Shown here: positions 21,556-33,688 of the stretch, piece by piece
Layout: every line of letters starts with the position of its first letter
Position numbering within the stretch: the stretch's first letter is position 1
NCBI GenBank assembly: GCA_000146045.2
Contig: BK006949.2
Coordinates: forward strand, 800,001 to 864,000
Reading direction: 5' to 3'
DNA: 64,000 nucleotides
From: TPA_inf: Saccharomyces
Lineage: Eukaryota
Translations under genes and position numbers: made by a program
Notes under the pieces: model-generated
The model's database searches: none
Seen by the model: the letters and a program-made list of their open reading frames with translations, nothing else
What the model was told of the DNA's origin: nothing

Positions 21556-22263
21556 AAGAATAGCCCTAAACCTTCAAATACGAGGATTACCCGTAGAGAA
21601 GTGCTGAAAAACTTTTTTCTTTTTCTTTTTTTTCGATTTTCATTTAACAGGTATAAAAAGCGAAACACTCGGTACATATATTTTACCAAGACGCGTTAGA
21701 TTTTCTTTGGAGGTTTCATTTAAAGAAACCAATGACCTTCCAAGTTTTTAAAAGAATACGATGATATTATTTGCGTTTCAAATCGAACAATTCTTCTCGG
21801 AGCGATCTGAGGTTTTAATGGAGATAGCGGTTCCTGCGCAACCCATTGATCTTGTTACATTCTTAAGAATGACAAGGACGCTTTTATAAAATTCTGATTC
21901 TTTTTTCTTTCATTCTTTTGTTGTTTTTGACTTGGGAGTAGTCATCTCATCTGTACACAAGTAGCTTTTTATATGTTCTTAAATTGTAGACTAGTCAAAA
22001 CTTGTGTCCTTTAAACCGTGCCGAAACAGTTTTAAAGCGGACATCCAGGGAAACTTGCCGTTAACAATAAGTGACCTTGCATGGAAGACTGTCGATTGGT
22101 CTCTGTGGAAACCAGTGCATATCTAAATTAAATCTATTGTCATCACGAATGCCGCCCGTGTTCGTGCAACGTGAGCGCAAATACGCCTGGGGTCTGTCTT
22201 TCTGCGCTGGAAAGCACCTTCGGGCATCAACTACCGTTTCTTATCGCTGGCACTATCTATCCA

Positions 22264-22486
22264 CCAATCACACGGCAGCAGTACTGCTGCCGTGGACGGC
22301 AAATTAGGTACAGGGCCTATGACTGTTATCATTTGGCAGGCTCAGACAGAGAGAGAGAGCACAAGGAAAAGAGCCTTAACTCATGTAACATTTGACTCAT
22401 TCTGTAAACTGAAAATTTGCTGCCCACTCGAGATGACAAATAGTTCGTTCTTGAATTTATGCGCATTTATAGATACGCATATATAA
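22264..22486 (+). promoter_or_regulatory. ASN1 promoter elements: CCAAT box (22264-22268), Gcn4 site TGACTCA (22393-22399) and TATATAA (22480-22486)
   Basis: A perfect Gcn4 response element lies about 220 bp and a TATA box about 135 bp upstream of the ASN1 ATG. ASN1 is a general-amino-acid-control and CCAAT-factor target. Confidence 0.55.
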
Positions 22487-22619
22487 CCCTATAGTGAACG
22501 CCACTAGGAGACAGATTCTGTTTGGACCCTGATCGCATACTCTTCTTACCTTTACATAATAAAATAAGAAAAAGTATAACTTGCTTTACGCTAAGGATAT
22601 AAATCGGACGTAACTTAAG

Positions 22620-24338
22620 ATGTGTGGTATTTTCGCCGCTTTCAGGCACGAAGACGTGCATAGATATAAGCCAAAGGCTCTACAACTATCAAAAAGAATC
22701 AGACACCGTGGTCCAGATTGGTCCGGTAATGCTATCAAGAACTCCACTATATTTGTTCATGAAAGACTAGCCATTGTCGGTGTGGAATCCGGTGCTCAAC
22801 CAATTACTTCTTCAGACGGAGAGTACATGCTATGTGTTAACGGTGAAATCTACAACCACATTCAATTAAGAGAAGAATGCGCAGACTACGAGTTTGGAAC
22901 ACTGAGTGACTGTGAGCCTATCATCCCAATGTACTTAAAGCACGATATCGACGCTCCTAAGTACTTGGATGGTATGTTTGCTTGGACTCTTTACGACGCT
23001 AAACAAGATCGTATTGTGGCAGCCAGAGACCCAATCGGTATTACGACATTATATATGGGACGCTCTTCCGCTTCTCCAAAGACCGTTTATTTTGCATCCG
23101 AACTAAAATGTTTGACTGACGACTGTGACACTATCACTGCATTCCCACCGGGCCACGTATACGATTCTAAGACTGACAAGATCACCCGTTACTTCACACC
23201 AGATTGGCTGGACGAAAAACGCATTCCTTCCACCCCAATAGATTACATGGCAATTAGACACTCCTTAGAAAAAGCCGTTAGAAAGAGATTAATGGCCGAA
23301 GTCCCATACGGTGTTCTATTGTCGGGTGGTTTGGACTCCTCTTTAATCGCTTCCATTGCTGCCCGTGAAACTGCAAAGGCCACTAACGATGTCGAACCAT
23401 CAACTTACGATAGTAAGGCAAGACATCTAGCAGGTATCGACGATGACGGTAAGCTACACACTGCTGGTTGGACAAGTCTCCATTCCTTTGCCATCGGTTT
23501 ACCAAATGCTCCAGATTTGCAAGCCGCAAGAAAGGTTGCCAAATTCATCGGCTCTATTCATCATGAACACACCTTTACATTACAAGAAGGTTTGGATGCT
23601 TTGGACGACGTGATCTACCATTTGGAAACTTACGACGTTACCACTATCAGAGCTTCCACTCCAATGTTCTTACTATCCAGAAAGATTAAGGCCCAAGGGG
23701 TCAAGATGGTTCTTTCCGGTGAAGGTTCCGATGAAATCTTCGGTGGTTATCTATATTTCGCACAAGCTCCTTCTGCGGCAGAATTTCACACTGAATCCGT
23801 GCAACGTGTCAAGAACTTGCATTTGGCAGATTGTTTGAGAGCTAACAAGTCTACGATGGCTTGGGGTCTAGAAGCTCGTGTTCCATTCTTAGACAGAGAA
23901 TTTTTGCAATTGTGTATGAACATCGATCCAAATGAAAAGATGATTAAACCAAAGGAAGGACGTATTGAAAAGTACATTCTAAGGAAGGCATTCGACACCA
24001 CAGGAGAACCAGATGCTAAGCCATATTTACCAGAAGAAATTTTATGGAGACAAAAAGAACAATTTTCCGACGGTGTTGGTTACTCCTGGATCGACGGATT
24101 AAAAGATACCGCCGAAGCAGTCATTTCAGATGAAATGTTTGCCAGTCCAAAGGCCGAATGGGGTAGTGACATTCCAACCACAAAAGAGGCTTTCTGGTAC
24201 AGACTAAAATTCGATGCTTTGTTCCCTCAAAAGACCGTGGCTGACACCGTTATGAGATGGATTCCAAAGGCCGACTGGGGTTGTGCTGAAGATCCTTCTG
24301 GTAGATATGCCCAAATTCATGAAAAACATATCGAATAA
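22620..24338 (+). CDS. ASN1: Asparagine synthetase, glutamine-hydrolysing (572 aa)
   Basis: N-terminal MCGIF with the class-II glutamine amidotransferase catalytic Cys2, plus the PP-loop SGGLDSS. Length 572 aa. Confidence 0.92.
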   Translation: MCGIFAAFRHEDVHRYKPKALQLSKRIRHRGPDWSGNAIKNSTIFVHERLAIVGVESGAQPITSSDGEYMLCVNGEIYNHIQLREECADYEFGTLSDCEPIIPMYLKHDIDAPKYLDGMFAWTLYDAKQDRIVAARDPIGITTLYMGRSSASPKTVYFASELKCLTDDCDTITAFPPGHVYDSKTDKITRYFTPDWLDEKRIPSTPIDYMAIRHSLEKAVRKRLMAEVPYGVLLSGGLDSSLIASIAARETAKATNDVEPSTYDSKARHLAGIDDDGKLHTAGWTSLHSFAIGLPNAPDLQAARKVAKFIGSIHHEHTFTLQEGLDALDDVIYHLETYDVTTIRASTPMFLLSRKIKAQGVKMVLSGEGSDEIFGGYLYFAQAPSAAEFHTESVQRVKNLHLADCLRANKSTMAWGLEARVPFLDREFLQLCMNIDPNEKMIKPKEGRIEKYILRKAFDTTGEPDAKPYLPEEILWRQKEQFSDGVGYSWIDGLKDTAEAVISDEMFASPKAEWGSDIPTTKEAFWYRLKFDALFPQKTVADTVMRWIPKADWGCAEDPSGRYAQIHEKHIE

Positions 24339-24689
24339 ATAACATTAAAAAATAGAAAAAGAATTATGGATTAATCTTATAGATATTTTTATAGAAAAAC
24401 AAACACTAACAATAATAATAATAATAAATAGAATATAGAAATACATATTTTTCATAATAGTTTGATGAAGTTTTATTCATAAATCATTTTTTATCGCCAG
24501 TGCTAAAAAATTAAGTGTGTGGATGACTGTATATATGCGTATCGAACGATCTTGATGCAAATCATTTTGAAACATTATTCTTGACTTTGATATTTCCTAT
24601 TATACATCCTCCTTCCTTGAGACCCAATAATCTTAAAAATGATGGAGACAGTGCATGCCCTCCTTTTCACCCTTCTTTTATGTCGTTTC

Positions 24690-24926
24690 TTACAATTTTC
24701 GAGATTCTTTTGAATCTGATCTCCTTTTACCTTGTGACTGAAGATTCCTAATCGAATTGCTCCTCTCTAGCGACGCCCTTTGTTTCATTTCGTGTGCAAT
24801 TAGTAGATCGTGCCTTGTTATTACTGTATTCTTATTTCTTGATTTAATTTCCGCTCGATAGTTTTGCGGATATTGACTATCACTTTTCTTAAATATTAGT
24901 TTTATTTTTCTGAAGGCAGTGCTCAT
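24690..24926 (-). CDS. Small ATG-initiated ORF (78 aa) in the ASN1/YPR147C convergent gap; possibly the annotated small ORF of this interval (YPR145C-A?); uncertain
   Basis: ATG confirmed at 24926-24924 on the minus strand. Basic, low-complexity protein with no recognisable domain. Confidence 0.25.
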   Translation of the reverse strand: MSTAFRKIKLIFKKSDSQYPQNYRAEIKSRNKNTVITRHDLLIAHEMKQRASLERSNSIRNLQSQGKRRSDSKESRKL

Positions 24927-25644
24927 ATGTAAAGTAGTAACGTTGTTAGTGCAGTGTTAGCAGTCAAACCTAAAAATAAAAGTATAAAAAAACTATATCT
25001 ATTTTTTTTTTGTTTGTTTACGCACGTTTATATATTTAACACGGTGAAGTAGTCCTGCCATTATGCTGCTCTAACACAAGAGTCGTATATGGATGAGCTA
25101 ATGACTAAGATCCGAGTAGCGAAGTCATGTATGCAAGCTAACGCAACAAGGCTGTAAAGAATACAAGCCTTGTCACCCTAGTACCAGCATCAAGCAAATT
25201 GCTCATTTACGACTGTGCCATGAAGTAGGGATGAATGAGGTGTTTCTGATGACACCTCTGAGGAGCTTTTCTTGAGCTCGTTTCTGTGCCACTTTTTGTT
25301 CCCGCGGCTAAGCCGCGCAGACCGATAATACTCGCTTAGATGCACATCAAGCCAAATCTCTATAAAAAAATCGACGTTTCCCAAACGACGCTGACCCTTT
25401 ATTCATCGTTATCAAAAAAAGGCAGCTTTCCAGTGTACTCATACGAGAAGCAATCGATGCCTCACTTCCGTTTGTAGATATATACATATTTACATGCACA
25501 CTAATGCAATTATATGCGAGAACAATTTGTGAGATCATAAGGTCTCGTAAACTGTCAATTGTTGAGCAGTCACCCAGAATTGAGAGTTGGTATAAAAACA
25601 CTATTACCCTCATCGAAGCCATTGCATTCAAACTTGCCATCACA

Positions 25645-26559
25645 CTAAAAAAATGCATTGATAGCATATTCTGCATGTTTTACTACAAATGAATGAGGTA
25701 TTTTGTCAGTGACATCAATTTTTAAGCGTTCCTGCTTGACTTTATCCTTATAATAATCCGACAAATGTGATCTGGTCTTACCAGAAACCCAATGGTCGTT
25801 GCTACTGAAGAGAAACCAAATAGAAATTCCGTTCTCTTCGCAATAATTGATAAATCTATCTTGAAACTCCCAGTTCGTAGTTATTTCTTCCATCTCCTGG
25901 GCAGCTAATCCTAGAGATTGACGAACAAACTGCCTATGAGTCAAAAAAATTCTTGTAGATAGTACTGCCTGATAACCAGTACTTCCACAGCCCATAAATT
26001 TATCAATAATAAATCTTGAAAACCCTTCTGATAAGATCCAATAAAAGAAAATATAACTGAACAATGATACCACATGAGCCAATGGTGGAATATAACGAAG
26101 TGCCGCTGTCATTTTGATACCCATCTCAGAGGTGTGAATGTCCATCACAGTTGGTGTAACGAGACCAACTTTTTGTACGGAGCCAACCAGTTTGTTAGAA
26201 AGGCATACTTTTTGTACGATGTATGCCCCAACCGAATGTCCCATAATAATAATTTTCCTGTTCTTGCATGAGAAATTGTTAATTACCTCTACCTGATGAT
26301 CTACTTGATCTTGTAAAGAAAATATCGGTGTATTAGAATGAGCGTTCAATGTCATTCCGGCATGGGATATGCCAAGAATTTCCCAATCTGGGTGCTTCAA
26401 GTGTAGATGATGTAGCATTTCTTGATAATAGTATAAAAGCCCAGGATTACCAGGGATCCATACTAGAAGAGGCGCATCCTCGCCACTTTTAGTGACTGTA
26501 GGTTTGATATTCAATATCGAGCATGGCAACTTCGATTTAGTATACTCTTTTACAGTCAT
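25645..26559 (-). CDS. Alpha/beta-hydrolase, lipid-droplet-associated-hydrolase-like (304 aa), YPR147C
   Basis: Carries the GXSXG nucleophile elbow (GHSVGAY). Length 304 aa. Confidence 0.75.
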
Positions 26560-26832
26560 TTGTCACTAGAATTGAGCAGGCGGGCAATGGCGTAGCAAGC
26601 GGACTGTCTATTTTCCCTCCAGTAGTTTTGGGCTTTGCTGCCGTTTTAATGCTGTTTTCCTTTCCTCTTAATGAGCGCTTTCCAGTTGCGATACTTTTCG
26701 GGTAAGGAATTGTAAGGACAGCGACGCAATTCAAGCGGTTAAATAGAAGAAACTTACATCATATATAATGTTTAAAAATAACAATCAAATTACTTTATAC
26801 ATGAATGAGTAATGTTTTAGTTGCCTGATTTG

Positions 26833-28140
26833 CTAAATTTCCAAACCATTTAGAACTTTAAGGTTTGCCTCCACTTCTTGGACACATTGTCTAAAGTAAA
26901 CCAACTGGAAATTCTGGAACAGTTTTATCAAGCCCAGAATTTCAGAACTGTCAGTGATTTCTTCCATTGTTTCCACTGCTGCTGTAGTATTGGAGACAAA
27001 TTCATCCTCCAGTTTTTCCAGTAATTTATTATCCTCAGATTCTTCAATCGGTGGCTCATCATTTACTTTGTTACTCTTTAAATCTTCTTTTCTATCAGCA
27101 ACGTCATCAACAGTAGGCTCATTCGCTTCTTTCTTTGATTCCTCTTCGGCACCCTCTGATTTTGGCTTTTCATCCTCGGTAGAAGGCGTTTCGTCAAAAG
27201 AGGTGGTAGTGTTTGCGCTAATGTCCTTTGCGCTAACATCCTTGCTATGTGCTTCTCCTGTGGCTTCAGCTTTTTTCGCCTCTAACTCTGCTTCTTTTGC
27301 TTTGACTTCATAACGCATTGTATCAAATTTGAGTCTTGATTCTTCCACTTTTTTGCGCAGGTCATGGACCTTCTTGAAGTCTTGGTTTATTAATGTTTCT
27401 AATTTTTTGTTGAATTCCTTGACCATCATAGAATCCATCTCTGCCTTCCCTTCATCGATATTTTTATAGCATGTCGACCACGAATCGAAAACTTTGATCA
27501 AATTAGACAAATCTTCATCATCTTCTTCATCTTCTTCATCTTCCTCGTCTTCTTCATTATGGTCGGCACCCTGAGCTTCCGTTGTCTGTGCAGTTTTGAT
27601 AGACTCCTTTTTCTTCTTTAGTTCTGCCTTTTCGTTGTGTTCTAAATTTTGAAATTCACATTCGCAGTCAACAGCGGCTTTTGAGATGGCTTGAGCAAAA
27701 GACCTTGGCAAAAAAGCATCGTCATGGTTAGATCCCTTTTTTTTAGTGGAACTTTCGGATTTTTTAGAGCCAAACCAGCCATCTTTATTGAGAGACCACC
27801 AATCCGAAATACTCTCCGTTAAATTTGGTGGATAGTCGTAGCCCTCTACTTCGAACGTTTTGGACACCAGTAGAATCCTTTTACATACCTTCTCTAAGGA
27901 ATCACTTTTTTTCTCCAAGAATTGGTACTGTGGTGGTAATTTACTTATATCTGATACAGTACCCAATGATTCCTGAACAAATCTAGTTCGCGATTTGATT
28001 GATAGTCTTGTTTGAGGGTCATTTAAGTTTACATTTGCATTTGCTAATGCATTGTTCAAAGTGTCTTGGGTCTTGTGAGCAGCGGTGGCAATTGAATCGG
28101 TGATCTTGTTTAGAGAAAACCCTGAAAAATAACCAGACAT
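26833..28140 (-). CDS. Protein of unknown function with an N-terminal BAR-like helical region and an acidic Asp/Glu-rich central stretch (435 aa), YPR148C
   Basis: 435-aa ORF with ATG at 28140 and an EDEEDEEDEEDDED run. Identified by position and length. Confidence 0.7.
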   Translation of the reverse strand: MSGYFSGFSLNKITDSIATAAHKTQDTLNNALANANVNLNDPQTRLSIKSRTRFVQESLGTVSDISKLPPQYQFLEKKSDSLEKVCKRILLVSKTFEVEGYDYPPNLTESISDWWSLNKDGWFGSKKSESSTKKKGSNHDDAFLPRSFAQAISKAAVDCECEFQNLEHNEKAELKKKKESIKTAQTTEAQGADHNEEDEEDEEDEEDDEDLSNLIKVFDSWSTCYKNIDEGKAEMDSMMVKEFNKKLETLINQDFKKVHDLRKKVEESRLKFDTMRYEVKAKEAELEAKKAEATGEAHSKDVSAKDISANTTTSFDETPSTEDEKPKSEGAEEESKKEANEPTVDDVADRKEDLKSNKVNDEPPIEESEDNKLLEKLEDEFVSNTTAAVETMEEITDSSEILGLIKLFQNFQLVYFRQCVQEVEANLKVLNGLEI

Positions 28141-29917
28141 TTTCTAACCAGAATTTTATGGTTTTACCTAACTTTGCTGTTCAGATGTATAAGTATTGCA
28201 ACCTTTTTTTCCCTGATCATTATTATTTCAAGAGAAATGAAAACCAAAACTGGGATATGCGTGTCGAGTGCTAAAAAAAGCCAACTAGCGATTTAAGAGT
28301 GAGAAGTAATCCTCGTTAAAAGCGATGCAGAGCCAACTAACTAAACTGCTAACCTCGCTTTCTTTACACAAGTAGTACTCAAGAAGTTTCATAAAATGCC
28401 CAGTTACACACTCGTGAAATGCACTTCAAGGTGGTGTTACAATTTTCACGAACTGCAACAATTGAGTATATTTATTAAAGCAGGAATATGTTTGCCCAAT
28501 CAAACGTAATTTCATATATGAACATATATGAAGTTGCACACATCAGCGGGAAAGATGTCTCTACCGCTCGAGGAGCCACACGTTTGATTTGCAATCCATG
28601 AAATAGAACTGCTAATCCCATATACAATTAACTATATCAATTTCCTGAACAAAGAGATTACAATCAACGGCAAAGCCGCCTGCCTCTCCGGAGATCTCCT
28701 TTTTTCTTCTTTCTTTTGTCCTATGTTGCATAGTTGCTCATGTCTTTTCCTTAGGCGGACAATTAAGAGCAGCCACAATATTTCCAAAACTAAATTGCTA
28801 AAAAAGCGTAGCAAAAAATTCTCGTCATTCCCACTTTCCCTACCTTAACCCTTGATGTTAACGCCGTTTCGCTCATCGGAACAAACTATACAGATAATTA
28901 AGCTTTTCGGCAGCGGTGAGAAAGGAAGCAGCCAGGAGGAATACGCGGCTTTCTCGCGGAGCCCGATTGCCGATACAAAGGAACTGTTGCCTCCTCCCGG
29001 CTATTTCCATAGGCCTTCATTCAGCATACTGTTGTGTAGTTGCATCACATCCTTGTTGAATGAATTCCAACTATTTCGATAAACCATCCCATGAAGGAGA
29101 ATGCAATGCGGCTTTTGTTTGTAAACGGGCTTGAGAGGTTCTATGCGGTTAATTCTGTCACTAGGGGTCCGAATCTCGGATTAAGTATAAAATATGTATT
29201 ACCCTGATGATTGACCGGATGATGTAAGGATGCATGTCCCTACTGTTTTGGTATTTCCACATACGGACGGGGCCCCGAAACACCACCCCCATTTTAACGG
29301 CCGCATCTGAGCATCGGCCCATTTGGCACACGCCCGTTAGTGACGTTGGTAGGGGCATTTCCCTGAGGTAGGCCCAAGGTTGCTTTAAAAGGTCCATCGC
29401 AAACCCCTTGTCCGCGGACCTCTGCGTCATAATTAAAATGCCCAAAACATAAAAGTGATCGCCCCCTCACAGAAACTTATGGGCAGCTTGCTGCCTTAAC
29501 GGAATTGACTAGAATTGGTTTGATTTTTTTTTCTTCCTACTTCTTCTTCCATTTCCCTCCCCTCTTCCTCATATATGTATACAGAAAAATCATACCCCTA
29601 TAAATTCCTTGGCCCCAATCTTCTGTCAGATTTTCCTTTATAAAAGAGTCTTTGTTTTGTAATTAAAAGATACTTTTTTCTTTCTTCTTCTACGTCTCCT
29701 TTTTTTTTTTTAAGAAAATTTAACTTATACCACTATTTTGTTCGCAATTGATCAAGAAAAAATACAATTGAAAAGGTTTTACATTTTTAATTTTTCTGCT
29801 CATCGCGCTTTTTTAAAAGGATAAATAAACATTTCTTTAAAAAACATCTTCAATAAGAAAAATCGGTTAAAAAAACTTTTCTTCTCAAAGCATACCTAAT
29901 AACAATATAATCCCATA

Positions 29918-30439
29918 ATGCTAGCCCTAGCTGATAACATTCTACGTATAATAAATTTCCTATTTTTGGTTATTTCCATCGGTTTAATCAGTTCGTTGTT
30001 AAACACCCAACATAGGCACAGCTCCAGAGTAAACTACTGTATGTTTGCTTGTGCATATGGTATATTCACCGATTCATTGTACGGTGTCTTTGCCAACTTC
30101 ATTGAACCATTGGCATGGCCACTAGTTTTGTTCACACTGGACTTTTTGAACTTTGTGTTCACTTTCACTGCCGGTACAGTGTTGGCCGTTGGTATCAGAG
30201 CTCACTCATGTAACAACAGCTCATACGTTGACAGTAACAAGATTACTCAAGGTTCCGGTACCAGATGTAGACAAGCTCAAGCCGCTGTTGCATTCCTCTA
30301 CTTCTCTTGTGCCATCTTTTTGGCTAAGACCCTGATGTCTGTTTTCAACATGATCTCCAATGGTGCCTTTGGTTCTGGTTCTTTCTCCAAGAGAAGAAGA
30401 ACTGGCCAAGTCGGTGTTCCAACCATTTCCCAAGTCTAA
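29918..30439 (+). CDS. NCE102: MARVEL-like 4-TM eisosome/plasma-membrane protein (173 aa)
   Basis: Four predicted TM helices in 173 aa. High codon bias (abundant protein). Position matches. Confidence 0.8.
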   Translation: MLALADNILRIINFLFLVISIGLISSLLNTQHRHSSRVNYCMFACAYGIFTDSLYGVFANFIEPLAWPLVLFTLDFLNFVFTFTAGTVLAVGIRAHSCNNSSYVDSNKITQGSGTRCRQAQAAVAFLYFSCAIFLAKTLMSVFNMISNGAFGSGSFSKRRRTGQVGVPTISQV

Positions 30440-31054
30440 TTGAAGCGCACCAACTTAAATTTTACGCCACTTTCAATTAAGAATATAATAAATGGACACC
30501 GTGAATAAATTAGGGAAAAAAGAAAGCAAATAAGAAAACTCCGTTTTCCCTCATCCCTTTCCGTCTTTCGGAAGAAACAAAAAATTATACCCAAGGAAAA
30601 CCCGAAAAAAATGAAAAAAATACCAGAAAAAAAATAACAAATCATATGCACTTCTTCATTAACGATTATGAAGAAGTCTTATTTCTAACTAATATTATTA
30701 TTATTATTATTATTATTATCATTCACCCCGCTTTCTTTTATTATAATTTGTTCTTCTAATATTTTAATTTTTAATCTTTTCATACTATTCTTATATCTAA
30801 CTAAAGTATCCTTCTCTTTGTCTAGTTTTACTTCACTACATACCTGTTGCGTTGATTTGAGTTTTTTGTATGTAAGTTCTGTTTATCCTTTTTCATCCTA
30901 CCGTTCCGCGCACGGCGTGACGTGGATCCCTAATGTGAGTTCAAATCGGTTACAAAAATTAATAGTTTTGTTTCCTATTATTATTATTATTATTATGTAT
31001 GAGGAATCGTGCTATAAAATCATTTTCCATATGTATATGCCAAATATTTATTAT

Positions 31055-31675
31055 TTATTTCATCTTTTTTTTGCTTTTGTGTGTCAACCGCATTTGCAGT
31101 GCCTTGTCAAACGGCTTCAACTTTCTCATCATATATGGGGGCACGTTTTTCCATTCAGGAAAATATTCCATACCCATACTGGACGTAGACCACCAATTGA
31201 ATGGCAACAGCTCATTGGGTACGGTGGGATTGTACTTCCATGTACCGTTCACGCCACCTGACATTATACCACCAGTGCCACGTTCACCAAACAATATGTT
31301 CTTGTGCTTTTTCTCATCGATCGTCTTCGCCTCTGCGTTTGTTTTCTCGTTCATTGTTAATAACGTTTGCAAGGACTTTCTCTTCTTATCTCTGAATAGC
31401 GGGTTTTCCTTCACTGGGTACATTACTGGCCTGTATCCGCTATACAGAATATCGCGGGTGAGCTCCCTAGCTTCCAAATACTGTGTAGTAGGTACTTTGG
31501 GCAGCGATCTAAAGTCATAGAAATGCGCATTCTTTAAAATCTTTGAACTCCTTTGCTTGGTAATTTGTTGATGTTGCTGCCTTATGGGGTTCACCAGTCT
31601 GCTGTGAGTCCTTCTTTGCAAGCTTACAAAAGAGACGCTGACGCCCCTAATTTTTGTCCTCTTTAATAAAATCAT
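31055..31675 (-). CDS. SUE1: Mitochondrial protein required for degradation of unstable cytochrome c (206 aa)
   Basis: 206-aa ORF with ATG at 31675 and a basic N-terminal presequence-like segment. Identified by position and length. Confidence 0.65.
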   Translation of the reverse strand: MILLKRTKIRGVSVSFVSLQRRTHSRLVNPIRQQHQQITKQRSSKILKNAHFYDFRSLPKVPTTQYLEARELTRDILYSGYRPVMYPVKENPLFRDKKRKSLQTLLTMNEKTNAEAKTIDEKKHKNILFGERGTGGIMSGGVNGTWKYNPTVPNELLPFNWWSTSSMGMEYFPEWKNVPPYMMRKLKPFDKALQMRLTHKSKKKMK

Positions 31676-32060
31676 CCTTATTCACTATTTCCGTACGTAT
31701 ATATGTCTTTGTATATACGTGTATGCGTGTGTGTTTCGTTACTCTCTATAATTCAACTAAAATGTATACATGCAGACACACACTCAGAGGGAAAAAATAA
31801 ATGTGCTATAAATAATGAAACACAAGAAACATCTAAAGTCCGAAAATTGCACCTGCTCTTATCATTCATTCTTATACAAAAGTGACTAGATATGATGGCG
31901 GATCCCGCAGCCCCAATCACTGGCAAAGAGCCTGAATACCGATAGGTACACTAAGCGTAAAGACCCTACCGTATTCTGGTTGCTATCACCACCCCACTTC
32001 CATCACGTCCATACCAGGTGCGTAAGCTTAATCACTCTTTGCTCCCCTGGTCTGCCCTTC

Positions 32061-33458
32061 CTATTCCGGATTTATCGGCTCGTTCCCCGCGCCCACTGGG
32101 GTAAACCGGCTTGATGGCCCGACCTCGGCGGCTAGCCACCGCACCCAGACCACGGTCTTCTCCAGAATGCCCACGACGTAGTAGCGTGGTTCCGTCACCA
32201 CTATTGGGCTGACACAACACCTGTGCTCAATGCTCAGCAATATATCCTCTATACTACTACTGTCCGCGGGTGCTTTCAGAAGTGTTTGCCATCGGTCGAT
32301 AAGCTCTTTGTCCTGACGCAGCGATTCGACTGCCCCCGTAAAGTCTCGTTCGTGATCCCGTAGGCAATCGCAGAAAATCTCTTTCCGCTGTTCCAAGTCG
32401 AACGTCTTATAATAAAACAGCAGTTGGGAAACGAATTTGTCTTGGTCGCGCTTCGACGGTATATACTCCTTGATTTTGTAGGCCTTGTATAACGCTTTTT
32501 GTTGTTTCCTTATATCTTGTGGGATGGTGTCGGGTGCGATTGTTCCCGCATTAGCAACAATTTGTGCCAGATAATGGTATTTTGTTGGTTCTAGTACTTC
32601 GCTATCGTCTTCGCTATTATCTTCGCTATCGCTTTCTTCAGCGGTGGCATTGCCACTGCGCTCGCCGCACCATTCTTCGAAAAGACTTTCACGAACTGTG
32701 TCATCTCTGATCTTGTAAAAATCAGGATCGTTTTCGATTTTCTTGCTTTGCAGCGACCACGTGGAAAACTTGTCTAGTTTATACCTATCGAATAATTCGA
32801 AGAAGATATTACGCTCGTCAATGTCATCTGTATCAATACGATTCAGATCATCGATAATGCTGATATCTTGATTTACAATTTGTTCTTCATTCTCTTCGTC
32901 TTCCTCTTCGTCTTCCTCTTCGTCTTCCTCCCCCGAAGATGAACCATACCCGCTGACTAGCCCAGTGTGGCTTTCCTGTAAAGGGGATTTTACGTCACCC
33001 GCCTCTTCGCTGATCTCATCTTTTCTCTCAACTTCGTCTTGATTTCTTTTAAATAGATGAATCTCTTCGTTGCAAGATTCGAGGATTTTATCAATGTCCT
33101 CCTCCCGCATAGTGTAACCTCTGGCAACGCCAATCAGAAGAACCAGTTTTTCCTTATCTAACGACTCGATTAATGAGCGACACCTGCTGTCGTCCTCTTG
33201 ACTGATGTCATTTTTGAACTCCTTAGAGTCATCATTAAAGTAAAGTTTTGTACCATCGTTGTATATTATTAAGTGCCAACCATTAACCAGTTCTAATGAA
33301 AATGTTGGCTTCCTCTCTGTCTGTGATTCTTTCGCATTGCTTTCTAGGTTAGAGCCTTTCTTCAAATTAGGTTTTTCCCATCGAGACTGCTTCGTGTTCT
33401 TATTATAGTAATACTTTTTGCCTGCAGGTGTCTTAAATTCCTGCCATTCTCCACGCAT
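32061..33458 (-). CDS. URN1: Pre-mRNA splicing factor with WW and FF domains (465 aa)
   Basis: N-terminal WW domain (GEWQEFKTPAGKKYYYNKNTKQSRWEKP), an acidic Glu/Asp tract and FF-like helical repeats. Confidence 0.8.
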   Translation of the reverse strand: MRGEWQEFKTPAGKKYYYNKNTKQSRWEKPNLKKGSNLESNAKESQTERKPTFSLELVNGWHLIIYNDGTKLYFNDDSKEFKNDISQEDDSRCRSLIESLDKEKLVLLIGVARGYTMREEDIDKILESCNEEIHLFKRNQDEVERKDEISEEAGDVKSPLQESHTGLVSGYGSSSGEEDEEEDEEEDEENEEQIVNQDISIIDDLNRIDTDDIDERNIFFELFDRYKLDKFSTWSLQSKKIENDPDFYKIRDDTVRESLFEEWCGERSGNATAEESDSEDNSEDDSEVLEPTKYHYLAQIVANAGTIAPDTIPQDIRKQQKALYKAYKIKEYIPSKRDQDKFVSQLLFYYKTFDLEQRKEIFCDCLRDHERDFTGAVESLRQDKELIDRWQTLLKAPADSSSIEDILLSIEHRCCVSPIVVTEPRYYVVGILEKTVVWVRWLAAEVGPSSRFTPVGAGNEPINPE

Positions 33459-33688
33459 GGCGATTCTGTGTTACTGAACTGTCTTTCTCTTTATAATACA
33501 TATCAGAATCTCTTTCGGACACTATTTCCTCTTTCTTCAATTATATTGTTTTCTCTTTCATTGCCGAAGAAAAAAAGAAACATACTGAAAGTTGATAAAT
33601 ATGCAATAATAAAACCTTTTCCTACTCTTGACGCTTCTGTATAAGATAAAAACTGCCAACAAGATCAGTTCCAACTTCCTGCCGTATT

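Noticed and set aside
25347-25676. 109-aa ORF overlapping the YPR147C 3' end (YPR146C-type)
   Set aside because: Overlaps the hydrolase gene end with no domain. Likely spurious.
29161-29445. 94-aa ORF in the GC-rich intergenic island
   Set aside because: Starts with TTG and has poor codon usage. Reported instead as a possible regulatory or ncRNA region.
30999-31520. 173-aa + strand ORF overlapping SUE1 (YPR150W-type), and the 147-aa ORF at 30818-31261
   Set aside because: They overlap a motif-supported gene on the opposite strand or AT-rich 3' UTR. Low-complexity I/F-rich translation.
32032-32220. 62-aa GC-rich ORF at the URN1 3' end
   Set aside because: Lies within, and in an alternative frame of, the URN1 C-terminal coding region.
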